Shown: positions 9,661-21,800 of the stretch, in pieces
How positions within the stretch are numbered: the first letter of the stretch is position 1
Layout of the letters: the number at the start of each line of letters is the position of its first letter
Assembly: GCA_002269645.1 (NCBI GenBank)
Contig: NIVC01002776.1
Location: forward strand, 1-64,000
Length of the DNA: 64,000 bases
From: Macrostomum lignano
Lineage: Eukaryota
Reading direction: 5' to 3'
The notes under the pieces: model-generated
What the model saw: only the letters and a program-made list of their open reading frames with translations
Databases searched by the model: none
What the model was told of the DNA's origin: nothing
Translations under genes and position numbers: made by a program

Positions 9661-11878
9661 TGATGTAACCGCCCTTGTCGCCTGTCCGCTCCGTAGAGAG
9701 ACGAACGCATGACTAGAGGGGGCAATGACCGTAGGCTGCCTATGACCGGGCAATGACCTGACGGACCTCCAGCACCAGACTGTCCCGCCCACATGATTAG
9801 TAGCTTTGGTAGCGCTTCGTGACCAGAGGGCCAAGGACCCACATGGACCCCACCTGTAGCCAAGGTGCAATAGTTGGTCACTCGGTCATAGTATGACCGA
9901 GTGGCTGCCACCACTCTATGTGACCTGGCGCACCTGGATCTTTCTACCAGACCTCTCGAGGCTAGAGCCCCGCCTGGATTGGTTACCAGGGGATTTAGGC
10001 TAACAGGGGAGACGCATGCAGCCGAGTACAGGGACTCTGCTTGGGGCATGATCGGGAACTCTGGGCTCAATCCTGGAGGATTTCTCAGCAGGGGATCCTT
10101 TGTGGCTGTGAGCGAGGCTGACCTGCGACTTTGATTACTAAGAGTAGTATGAGGCGAACATGTACTGTCTACAGTTTAGATTGCTCAGGGCGAAGGGACG
10201 CGTTAGCATGGGGTTGCAACCTTCCTACTGCCATGCTGTGCCAAGACTCGCTAATCCCTCTACTGCACGCACACGCGGCCCCGCAGCACGCCTCACAGGC
10301 GGGCTTTGCACGGGGAGAGGCCATTAGCTTACCCAAACTTCCTTATGCTTTGCCACCCCGGGAGAAAGGCTTAGCAAGCCATGAGTGAAATGATGGTGAA
10401 AGATTGGATAATGATGAAGTTAGTTAATAGTTAATAATTAGGCCCTTAGGCAAATAGTCAGGCAATTAGGCGGCTTCACTATTGAGTAAAATACAGCAAA
10501 AGATACGGTATCACAATTGGCTCAGCTCTCTAATCAGACAATGGAAAATAGGCAAACCCCGGATAAGCAAAGGCAATTAGAGCACAAATTAGTAGCAGGA
10601 ACTTACCGGCAGCTGCACAGAGAGAGAGAGAGAGACGGAGTGACCGAGGGCGGCTGTAGGCTGCAGTCAGGCAGACGGTGAAGCGGCGATGCGCTGGAGC
10701 GACGAGGCGCTGATGTAGATCAGGCGATGCTGATGATGCGGGGCGGTATCAGACCGCTGGCCGATAGGCGAGCTCACTTGGGGAGCTAAGGATAACTTGG
10801 CGGTAACAGACCGCGGGCCGGCAGGGATTCGTCTTATAGACGAGTGGGTCAGAACTCAATCTGACAGCAAGTCCAAAGAAGGACGAGGAGAGGAACAGAG
10901 ATAAACTCAGTTGAGTATTCTCATGCCGAAATCGCTTCCTTTTATAGACCTCACAGCCGCCTCCTCAAGGTCGTTACCATGGCTCCCTCTCTCTGATTGG
11001 CTGCCGGCAGAATGACGTCAGAATGAGTCATGATGAGAAGCATGAGACCGGCATAGCAACATGAGAAATCGGGAAATTGCGCAATCCGGAGGTGGGGTGG
11101 GGGATAATTGGCGCAGCGGGTGGTCGCGAAAGTGTTGCGCAAGCAAACATTGAGAACAATAGGGCTGGGGTCGAGAACAAAGGAATTGGAAATCGGGGAT
11201 AATTGGGGAAAACTGAGAACAATGGAAAAGTAAACATTGGAGAAAAGGTGATAATTAGGTGCGAAAACGAGAACAAAAGAAAGAGAAAATCGGAGAAAAT
11301 GTGATAATTGGTGGGGGTCGAGAGAACAAAAGAAGCAAAAACGAGAACAATAGAAGCGGAGGTGGGGTGGGTGTCACATGAGAAATTTGGGAAGGAGAAC
11401 AATAGCGTGAGAAAAGGTTGCGCAAGAGAGGGGGATGAGTCATCGATGAGTCACCGAGGGGGAGAAGGGGTCACACGACTTGCGTCACCGTTTGGGAGTT
11501 TGAGAGGGGATGGGGAGACGGTGAGCACACAAAGTACTGTAAGTAGACACAGGGAAAGAGGGGACAGCGCAGGAAAAGAGTGCAGAGGGAGACAAAAAAA
11601 GGGAGGAGGTAGAGAAAGTACAGGAAGAATAGGGCGGGAACAGAAGAGATAGGGTAGAGGGGGAGGTACAGAAAGGGGTAGGGGCTCCGGAAAGGCAGGT
11701 GTGGCGGCAGGAGAGACGGGACCAAGGCAGCAGGAGGGGTGCAGCAGAGCGGGAGTCTCCAGGCCCGGTCGGAGACCTGGCCGTGTCTCGACAGCTCTGT
11801 GCAGAGGGTGCACGGGATAGGAGGCACTTTCGAAAAAGTTCCCATGCCCTATCCCGCGACCAGAGCGTGGTTACATCA
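9661..11878 (-). repeat. 5' LTR (~2218 bp)
   Basis: Direct repeat of 628-2827, followed by the TSD ATAG. Confidence 0.95.
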
Positions 11879-14800
11879 ATAGAACAAATATTTTCTCAGT
11901 TGAGCCATGAGTGTCAAGCATATAAATTGTCTTTAAGCTATTTTCTTTGCACTCAATTATCTTCATGGCTAGCAGTGATTATTTTCTTATGAAGGCCACA
12001 TTGCTCACTAGCATTTGACATTATTGTAGCTTCAAAGAGACCCCATAGTTGGCTTGGACAGTTCTAGTGAAATCTATTGGAGTAAGTCTTCATTTTGTAG
12101 ATGACATCTGGCATGCCTAAGAAATTTGACAAGCATAGGCATGGGCAGATGTGTGCATATGTGGATGCACTTATAGGTATGTCCACAAGTCTGTGTAGGT
12201 GCATGCATGCACATGAGCACATGGCCTATGTTCTACTTATAAAATGAAAAGGCAAATGTTGAAACTAGAAAAGTGTAATTCAAAGTCCTAACATTCAACA
12301 TTCTTAGCAAAATAGTTTTATTTTTTATCAACTAATTTCATCTCATGCAATAAATACTTAGCTACCAAAATTTATTATTACTTATAAATATAAATATAGT
12401 ACAATTATTACTGGCAATAAAATTCATTAAACTGTGCCAATGATGTCTAGAAATCATATATGCACAACTGCTGGCCAAATTGAGCAATCTGGCTACCATT
12501 AGTCTAGCAAAGAAGGTTGGCAAGTCTGGCAGAAGTAAACTATTTGTCAACAAAAGCATGGTGGCCAAAAGTTAGCAGTTCTTTGTATAATCTGACTATG
12601 ATTCTTTCACTCAAGGTGAGATAATCATAGCCTAGGTTTTTATCAAAGTAGGAGTTCTTGTTGGCAATGGAATATACAAGGAAATTATATATATCTAGAA
12701 GTTAAGTGATAAGTGCAATACAATTTTGATTCTCACTTGCCCATTTAGAGGGTATATATTACTTGAACTATAGATGTACTTTAAATAGGATTAGAGATTC
12801 ATCAACACTTAGTTGCTGCTCCGGGTAATATATGTTGCTATAGTTACTGAGCCAGTATAAATGGGGGTTGAATTTGTACTATAGATCATCTATGTGAGGT
12901 TTATGCATACCATATAACTAAAGAAATGCTAGAAGCCACTTGAATTTGTCACATGTTAGGGCATTAAAAGCTTATGCTTATAAAAGATACCTACAAATGG
13001 ATAAATGTCTAGAAATTTCATTGTGATTTGCATCCTTTTATGATTTGAATACTGCTAGGATTTCTCATCTATCAGTTGAAGCCTATTGCTCATAAGTCAA
13101 ACCATGTTTTTTTCATTTATCCACTTAAAAATTTTCTCTAAAAGTTTATTGGTCAAAAAGAAGACTTACAAAAAATTCTAAATACTCAGGGTCATTAGGA
13201 AGAACAATGCTTAGATTGAGCCCTGAAATTCCAACAGCTAAATCTACCAACTCTATAGGCTCCATGTTCTGCCACTTGTCTTCAATCTCACCAGCTGCAA
13301 CAAAATGCAATAATTCAGAGTTTTCTATTATATTATCTATGTTTATTTCATCAACTTTAGTGACTTAGGCTCCATACCTTGCCACTTTTCTCCAATATCA
13401 GCAAATTCAATGGATTGCATTGGCTTGATTTTAGCATCCTTTGTGATTACATAATCAGTCTCAGAATCCCATGTAAGCAAAATTTCCATAGCTATAGCTA
13501 ATTTACTTTTCAATAAAATTATATGCTATTTGAGAGGTACAGTTTTTCTCTTGCAAAAAGGCCTATTTGCAGATTTTAAAGTGAACTATATTATCTATGG
13601 CTAGATGTCAAGTGTATACACTATATAATCTACTTAAAAAGCATCAAGTGAAATACCTATTTGAACTATTTTTTACCTTGCATTTTATAAAAGGTTCCCT
13701 TCTTGGCTAGAAAAGCTTTTGCATATGGATATATTAAGATTCTAGCTATAGTCTATAGTCAGCCCAGCTGACCATGTTGGCAGGAGTATAGTTTTTATAT
13801 TTTTAGCTTTAACACAAAAGGGTTAATGTTATTAGTGCCTTGGTCCTTAGTGCTCTCTGCTTACCAAAATCATTTGCATGCCTTAGCTACATTGTTTGGC
13901 TACCTAGTATAGCACTTTTCCATGTCTTTATCTTGGCTTTAAGTTGTGTCTGCAGGTTTTCCTTGGGGCAGTTTATAGTTGGCCTAGGTGGTAGCAGGCA
14001 TATATGGGTGCTAGACTGCTATTTGCTTTTTGGTTGATAAGCTAGAAACCACCTGGCAGATCCAGCAGGAGCAGTGCAGATACTTGTATGTGAGTAGTGG
14101 CAAAATCTATAAGTCTGTAACAATTTGAAGGTATAGCAATCGAGCAGCAGTTTTTGTAGTATAGGTATCTATAATTATAATTTCTTGCTGCAATAGCTGA
14201 AGGTGTCTCCTGGCAGGGTGTTATCAATATAGACATAATAGAATTCTGGCAGGATAAGTTGCTTGATGATTTCTACCTGAGCAATTGAAATAACTGGCTT
14301 TGTAAAAACAGAAGATGCAAAACCAGATACAATTCTTTTCAAATGTGCATTGAAAGTTTGGTATTGCGAGACTAGAAAGAACTGATTTGAGTACTATGGG
14401 TAATTGTAAGCAATAATTGGATACTCTGACTGCATTTTTATTTTTAAGAGAAGTCTATATGTTATTGCAAACTAGTGATATAAGACATGTTCTAAATAAA
14501 AGTCAGTATCAACATGAAGTGTTAGTTATATTTATTTGAATTGCTGATGCATTTTGTCCAACAATAGGTCATCTTCAAGGTCAAAATTTATTTGAAAACC
14601 AAATGATTTAACAAGTAAACAGTATATATAGTGAATGGAGAAAGAAAATATGAAAGTACATAATTTTATTGAATGTTGATGGTTTAAAAAACTTGTACAT
14701 ATTAATTGAAAACAGAAACAATATTTATAGGGGGAGAATGCATGTCAGTTTTGTTCCAGTCTAGTTATTTGCAAGGTCAATTAAAATATGCTTAGTTGAT

Positions 14801-15213
14801 GGCTAACCCCACCTATTGTGAGTTGGTTATTTAATGTGGGCTGTCTCGTTTTAATGTACAGGGCTACTAATAAGCAGAGCATGGCAAGAGGATGAAGAAC
14901 ACTTTGCATACAAACATATGCATATAAACAGCTAATGGGCTAATGTTGTATTTTGGAAATAGCTTTATAAATATTGATGTAAATATTTGTGTAATATATG
15001 AACTTCTTTGTAACAAAATAAGTTGAAGCACAAACACATTTTATAAAATTATAAATAGTGATTTTTTAACAAAAAACTTAAAGGAAAACCAAATTCTTAG
15101 AAAACATTCTATTGGTATTGTAAAATATCCTTTAAAAATGATTAAAAGATATAAATTTTCTTTCTGTAAAAAGTAATTAATAACAATTAACAATTATATC
15201 TTGTACAAGTCAT

Positions 15214-15577
15214 CCCATATCGAAGCTGTCAGCACCCATATCGAAGCTGTCAGCACCCATATCCAAGCTGTCAGCACCCATATCGAAGCTGTCAGCACCC
15301 ATATCCAAGTTGTCAGCCCCCACATCAAAGCTGTCAGCAACCACATCAAAGCTGTCAGCAACCACATCAAAGCTGTCAGCAACCACATCAAAGCTGTCAG
15401 CCCCCATATCAAAGCTGTCAGCCCCCACATCCAAGCTGTCAGTCCCCATATCAAAGCTATCAGCAACCACATCAAAGCTGTCAGCCCCCACATCCAAGCT
15501 GTCAGCACCCACATCCAAGCTGTCAGCACCCACATCCAAGCTGTCAGCACCCACATCAAAGCTGTCAGCCCTCACAT
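15214..15577. repeat. 21-bp minisatellite (ATCAAAGCTGTCAGCACCCAC), ~17 copies
   Basis: Visible tandem units ending just upstream of the acceptor at 15603. Confidence 0.95.
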
Positions 15578-15603
15578 CCGGCATTCAATTCCAATTTCTG
15601 CAG

Positions 15604-17287
15604 CGCGCCACGGTCGCAGCACACAGGGCCAACTCGGCCGCCGGCGCCAGCGCCGCGGCGCCGCCCGCGAACGCCGAGCCGTCCACCATCGGGCAGTACA
15701 TCGCCAGATTTCGCGCTAACCCGCCAGCTGGCCGAGGCGATCGCGAGCCGGCCAATCCGGCCGACTTCTGGTGGCTTGGCCCCGACTCAGCTGGTGCCGA
15801 CGCCTCCGCCTTGTCGCCGTCGCCGCCACCGGACGCGTCGCTAGGCACCGGCGCCGGCGGAAAGCTTCGGCGCCGCTCGAATCCGCAGCACTTCGAGCCG
15901 TACGGCCGGCGGGAGAGGCCGCGCAGCCTCAGCCGGAGCTCCGGCGGCGTGGCCGGATTCGGGCCGGACGAGTGCGCCGAGGAGGAGGCCGAGGACACCG
16001 CCACTGCCAACTCGGACGAGTTCGAGTTGGTCCAGGTTTGTGCCGGGCTCGCGCGTGTTTCCGGTTCTTGGCTAGTTAAGGAACACTGGAATTAAGTACA
16101 AAGTCCACCCTTTATCACATTCTCTTCGAAAAGATGCGCTGGCTTGTTTTCGGTCTCCAATAGTATTATAAGCCCCCTGCAGACAAAGGAGCTAATTAAA
16201 ACAAATAAATTTATGCAACCGAGGGCTACGGACACCCTGGTGCGACGCCTTTGGCGAAATCGTCTCGCAACTTGGACGCTGAGGCGATTCTGCCCATGCC
16301 GCCGACTCCTGAGCGCATTCTAGCGCGCCAGTACTGCACGCAGGCCCGCACTCATACAGGGTGTACAGCGGCCCTGATCGTCAGGCACGTACACTCTCTG
16401 TGCCTGTGCACGGAATCGAACCGGGGGTCCTGGCGCTCGAGTCAGACGCGTTCAGCTGCTCCGCCATTCAACTGACCGTCAGAATCCGATTCCAATCGCA
16501 GGAGGTCGAAGAGACGCCGTACCGGCCGCGCTTTGTCGAATCTTCGTCAGCAGCTGCAGCGCCAGCCGAGAACGACTCCGCCAACCAGCAGGACGACATC
16601 CTGGCGCAGTGGCGCTCGCGCCGCCGCCTGCAGCTGGCCCGAGACGCTGCCGCCGCCCCGGCTGACGGCGAGTTTGTGCCGCAGTCGGCGCCGGACGCAC
16701 ACGGAACTGACGTGTCGCTGTTCCAGCGGCCGCTGAACGATGTCGCCAATCATCTGTCGGAGCGGCTGCACGCGGCCGAGATCGAGCAGCGGCTCCGGCT
16801 CCGTCTGGCCAGGCTCGGCCAGGCCTGCCCGGTGGACCGCTGGGCCCAGACCGACGACTGGCCGGCCGGCAGCGGCTTCAAGTCGGCCGCGGCGCAGACC
16901 GACGAGCCCGACGTCCGGCATCGGGACGCGCAGACAGCTGATGTCGCCAATGAGGCATTGAAGCCGCCGACGAAGGCGGCCGCGCGCCGGTCGAAGTCGA
17001 CGCAGACACCGTCGCCGCCGCCTCCGTCCGCAGCGCCAATGACGCGTTACGACGAGGAAAGCCGCGTGACGTCTCTCACCGGCAGCTACGAATCGCTGGC
17101 TGGCGGCCTGGCTCGTCTGACCGTGGACTCGGCTTCTGCGGCGGCGACAGCTGCTGCGGCCGACGATGGCGGCGTGGCCGACGACGATGGAGACGGCATT
17201 CTGGCAGATCTGCTGGACAGGCGGGAGCGGCTCCTGCAGCAACTGCAGCTGGTCGATGAAGCGCTGGCCGCACGTCGGACCAGCTAA
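15604..17287 (+). CDS. PROSER3: Proline/serine-rich protein 3-like; exons 15604-16035 and 16502-17287; start codon not seen
   Basis: Motifs QYIARFR...ADFWWL and DDILAQWRSRRRL match the PROSER3 blocks KYINRFR...ADFWWL and DDILYQWRLRRKL as I recall them. GT/AG phase-0 junction. Confidence 0.75.
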
Positions 17288-17458
17288 GAATTTATAAAAT
17301 TGTATGAATTTTTTATTTGCTTGGGTGGGGAATTCCGAGAAGAATGGGCGGGGCAGTGGCTGCGAGCGGTACCAACTTCTTGATTCTCTGGCCAGCCGTG
17401 CTATGGCCCCTCAGAGTACATTAGGGGAGTAAGCGACCCCATGGGGAATAATAAGGTC

Positions 17459-17686
17459 AATGACCCCACAGAGAACATTAGGGGACTCAATGGCACCTCA
17501 GAGAACATTAGGGGACTCAATGACCCCACAGAGAACATTAGGGGACTCAATGACCCCTCAGAGAACATTAGGGGACTCAATGACCCCACAGAGAACATTA
17601 GGGGACTCAATGACCCCACAGAGATCATTAGGGGACTCAATGACCCCACAGAGAACATTAGGGGACTCAATGACCCCACAGAGAAC
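17459..17686. repeat. 30-bp minisatellite (CAATGACCCCACAGAGAACATTAGGGGACT), ~8 copies
   Basis: Visible tandem units. Confidence 0.95.
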
Positions 17687-17960
17687 TCGCAGTGCGTTCC
17701 TAGGGCGTCTTTCTATTTTCAGATTACGCAAAGTAATTGCTTTAGGCTTGGCACTTACACAAAAATTGTCAAAGCAGCAAAGTTGTTCCAACAAAAGCAA
17801 TAATGGCTGGGCTATTTCAGACAATTGCTGCTTTCAATGGTTGCATTGTTAAATTTCCGCGGGCATTTCCCGTGTTGATGTTAATTTCTTAACTCATAAT
17901 ATTCAATGTTTTTTCTTCTCCCTATTTTTGTTATGATTTCCATTATTTTCTGTCAACTTT

Positions 17961-18206
17961 GTTCAGGGACTTCTCTAGTAGGGTTGTTCAGGTACTTCTC
18001 TAGTAGGGTTGTTCAGGGACTTCTCTAGTAGGGTTGTTCAGGGACTTCTCTAGTAGGGTTGTTCAGGGACTACTCTAGTAGGGTTGTTCAGGGACTTCTC
18101 TAGTAGGGTTGTTCAGGGACTACTCTAGTAGGGTTGTTCAGGGACTTCTCTAGTAGGGTTGTTCAGGGACTACTCTAGTAGGGTTGTTCAGGGACTTCTC
18201 TAATAG
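17961..18206. repeat. 25-bp minisatellite (GTTCAGGGACTTCTCTAGTAGGGTT), ~10 copies
   Basis: Visible tandem units. Confidence 0.95.
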
Positions 18207-18961
18207 GGAGAAGTCACTAGTTTTGTTAGTGTCACTAAATTATTAATTGTTAACTTATCCATTGTGACGTGTGAATCCATGCTAATATATATTTTCTAAT
18301 TGTAAGTCCTAGTATTAATCAATATTTTTGCCCGAGTGCCCGGGGATCCATTGCAACATTTTACCAGCCTAACTGAAGTCTGCCATGTGGTTTATTGAAA
18401 CCTGTCTGTCCCCCAGGCTCTGGAGTCGCATTCGGAGTTCAATTCTTAGTTTAGCTCTGAGTTAATTGTCACTAACATAATTGACATGACTAGCAGTAAT
18501 TACTGTCACATTTGGTCCTGTCTATCATTTTAAACTGTTATAGTTGGTTTCATGTAGTCCCTAAGCCAGTTATTGCTCGCATATAAAAAGTAAACATTCT
18601 GTCCGCATTATTTCCTACTTAGACCAGTAGTATGCTGCGCGTATCAACTGTCATTTTTATTTCTACCCATACAGACCAGCGTTACATTATTTATTATCTC
18701 TCCCAGTCTCCAGTGTCAACTTGGCCCAGCTAGTTTTGTAAATAATAATTATTGCTATTATTATTACTATTATTAGTGTCATTCGGTTGTACTTTTTGCT
18801 AGATCTGACAGAGGCGTCAACTAGTAGAATATCAACAATTTGAAAACATATTTATGCACATAAATATATATACGACTGGCTATTCATTTCAAATAGGAGA
18901 TCTGAAACTAAATATTGCTGGCTGGTGTTCATTCTTCTCACTTGACTCGACCCTCTTTTTG

Positions 18962-19268
18962 CCTGTCAGTGCCAGCCCTGTCTGTCCTTCAGTGCCACCC
19001 TTGCCTGTCCTTCAGTGCCAGCCCTGCCTGTCCTTCAGTGCCACCCCAGCCTGTTCTTCAGTGCCAGCCCTGCCTGTCCTTCAGTGCCACCCCTGCCTGT
19101 CCTTCAGGGCCACCCCTGCCTGTCCTTCAGTGCCACCCCTGTCTGTCCTTCAGTGCCACCCCTGTCTGTCCTTCAGTGCCACCCCTGTCTGTCCTTCAGT
19201 GACAGCCCTGCCTGTCCTTCAGTGCCACCCCTGCCTGTCCTTCAGTGCCACCCCAGCCTATCCTCAGT
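18962..19268. repeat. ~23-bp minisatellite (CCTGCCTGTCCTTCAGTGCCACC)
   Basis: Visible tandem units. Confidence 0.9.
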
Positions 19269-19789
19269 GCTACGCTGCTTCGATGTGGCCGGACAAAAGT
19301 GCGCGCCACCTGTTTGCAGCTTCTGCAATTGGAATTAATGGCGGGGGCTCAGGGACTGCGCTCTGCGCTAGAAATAACTGAGGGTGTCTCGGGAGGCAGA
19401 GTGGGTAGCTGGAGAGGAGGCTCCGGGCCTCTTCTTTTGCTGCAGAGAGGGAAAAACTGTTGGTTTTGGGCGGCCGGACCCGCAATGTGGGCGGAGTGCC
19501 GCGGGATGATTAATTTTTCTCGCCTTCCCGCGCAGTCAATCTCGTTAATTTGCAATGAGGAGCGCCGCCCGTCACTGCTGGACTTGCTTTCTTGTCTGAG
19601 GAGCGCGGGGGCTGTAATTTAGCCCGGGATTTGGCGTGTCGCGCCCAGGTTCTCCGGCCGTATTTACCATTCAGTCGCGGCTGCTGGCTTAACAGCTCCA
19701 ATAGGGATTCTTGGTAGGGTTTTGAAGCTTGTCTCAATGATGCTGTATGGTTCCAGGAATATCTGCAGGCACAGTAGAGGCTGCAGGAT

Positions 19790-20358
19790 CACTATAGACG
19801 CTCGGTAGATGCTAGAAGGATCTCTATAGACACTCGGTAGATGCTAGGATTATCTATATAGACACTCGGTAGATGCTAGAAGGATCTCTATAGACACTCG
19901 GTAGCTGCTAGGATTATCTCTATAGACGCTCGGTAGATGCTAGAGGGATCTCTATAGACACTCGGTAGATGCTAGAAGGATCTCTATAGACACTTGGTAG
20001 ATGCTAGAAGGATCTCTATAGACACTCGGTAGCTGCCAGGATTATCTATATAGACACTCGTTAGATGCTAGAAGGATCTCTATAGACACTTGGTAGATGC
20101 TAGAAGTATCTCTATAGACACTCGGTAGCTGCTAGGATTATCTCTATAGACGCTCGGTAGATGCTAGAAGGATCTCTATAGACACTCGGTAGATGCTATA
20201 AGGATCTCTATAGACACTCGGTAGATGCTAGAAGGATCTCTATAGACACTCGGTAGATGCTAGAAGGATCTCTATAGACACTCGGTAGATGCTAGGATTA
20301 TCTCTATAGACACTCGCTAGATGCTAGGATTATCTCTATAGACACTCAGTAGATGCTC
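19790..20358. repeat. 32-bp minisatellite (CTCGGTAGATGCTAGAAGGATCTCTATAGACA), ~17 copies
   Basis: Visible tandem units. Confidence 0.95.
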
Positions 20359-21299
20359 TCGAGACAGGGTAACTATCACACAACCTGAACTGCGTAGCAG
20401 AAGCAGATAGTATGCGAGGAAATTGAGTTTCGACTAAAAAAAAGCAAATATTTGTTTGTCGTGTCGGGTGTCCCAAGGAGGCCCGGCAACGAATCGATGT
20501 TGCAGCCGCCTTGCTGCCCTTGAAGCAGACAGGCCAGCAGACAGCAGCAGCAGCAGCTATCCGAGCTGAATTGATCTGGTCGAGTTTCGCGTGTTCCGGC
20601 TGCTGAAATTCGAGGCCAAGGGAGGAGGGAGGGCGGGACAGATCGGGGGCCGGGCTGCCAAGGCTATGCGTACTTCTGAGCTGGCCATATCAGCTCTGAG
20701 ACCAGGGCCTGCGCTCTTAATTAATCATTTCAGAGAGGCCTGTGGAGCTGCCTGGGGATCAGGCTGGGAGATGGGGAAAAGATTGGGACGAAGAGGTCGC
20801 CTGAGAAATTGGCAACTTCACTTTTTTCTGCCCACCGATTTTGAGGGGCAGCAGTGCGGGAATGCGACCGGCTGCCCAGCTTATCCCAGCTCTCTGTCAT
20901 TCACTTCTTAACTCATTTTGTGAACCATTTTTTCCCCGGGACTCGGCTGGGAAGTGGCGGATGCCCAGTCTCGGCCTTTTTATCAGGAGTTTGAGGGGAC
21001 AGCCCGGGGGAGACGGAGACTGCGGGAAATCGCATTATTCCGCAGGCAGGGGCGGGGCGGCTTCCGCCTCTGCTTGCTCCAAATAAGCTGATGTAAGGAC
21101 TTTACTTTCTGCAGCCCCAGGGCTATGCAGCTATGAAGCCATTTTGCCCGCTTCTGCCTTATAAATCAGTTTGCCATTTTTCTCTGGTTTCCTTTCAGTT
21201 TTTTGCTCTATTGTGCCGCCTCTGGGCCCAGCTGCCTTCCTGCTTCATCTGCTCTGAGCTGCTCGGGTTCTTTGTTGTACCTGTCTGTCTGCCTCCTCT

Positions 21300-21800
21300 G
21301 TCTCCCTCTACCACTCTTTCATCCTCCTCTCATGCCTCCCCTGCCTCCCTCTGCCACTCTTTCATCCTCCTCTCATGCCTCCCCTGCCTCCCTCTGCCAC
21401 TCTTTCATCCTCCTCTCATGCCTCCCCTGCCTCTCTCTCCGCCTTCATCCTCCTCTCATGCCTCCCCTGCCTCCCTCTGCCACTCTTTCATCCTCCTCTC
21501 ATGCCTCCCCTGCCTCCCTCTGCCACTCTTTCATCCTCCTCTCATGCCTCCCCTGCCTCTCTCTCCGCCTTCATCCTCCTCTCATGCCTCCCCTGCCTCC
21601 CTCTGCCACTCTTTCATCCTCCTCTCATGCCTCCCCTGCCTCCCTCTGCCACTCTTTCATCCTCCTCTCATGCCTCCCCTGCCTCCCTCTGCCACTCTTT
21701 CATCCTCCTCTCATGCCTCCCCTGCCTCCCTCTGCCACTCTTTCCTCCTCTCATGCCTCCCTGTGCCACACTTTCATCCTCCTCTCACTATCCTCCTCTC
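21300..21800. repeat. ~43-bp pyrimidine-rich minisatellite
   Basis: Units of CATCCTCCTCTCATGCCTCCCCTGCCTCCCTCTGCCACTCTTT. Confidence 0.9.

Larger units (their letters stand above)
628..11878 (-). mobile_element. Full-length non-autonomous LTR retroelement (Ty3/Gypsy-like; Gag + protease, no pol)
   Basis: Two near-identical LTRs (628-2827, 9661-11878), each TGATGTAACC...GGTTACATCA. 4-bp TSD ATAG at 624-627 and 11879-11882. PBS, PPT and gag/protease ORFs all lie on the minus strand. No RT/RH/IN motifs seen in the internal region. Confidence 0.95.

Noticed and set aside
17459-20358. CRISPR-like appearance of 25-32-bp repeats
   Set aside because: Units are directly adjacent with no unique spacers, there are no cas genes, and the context is eukaryotic.
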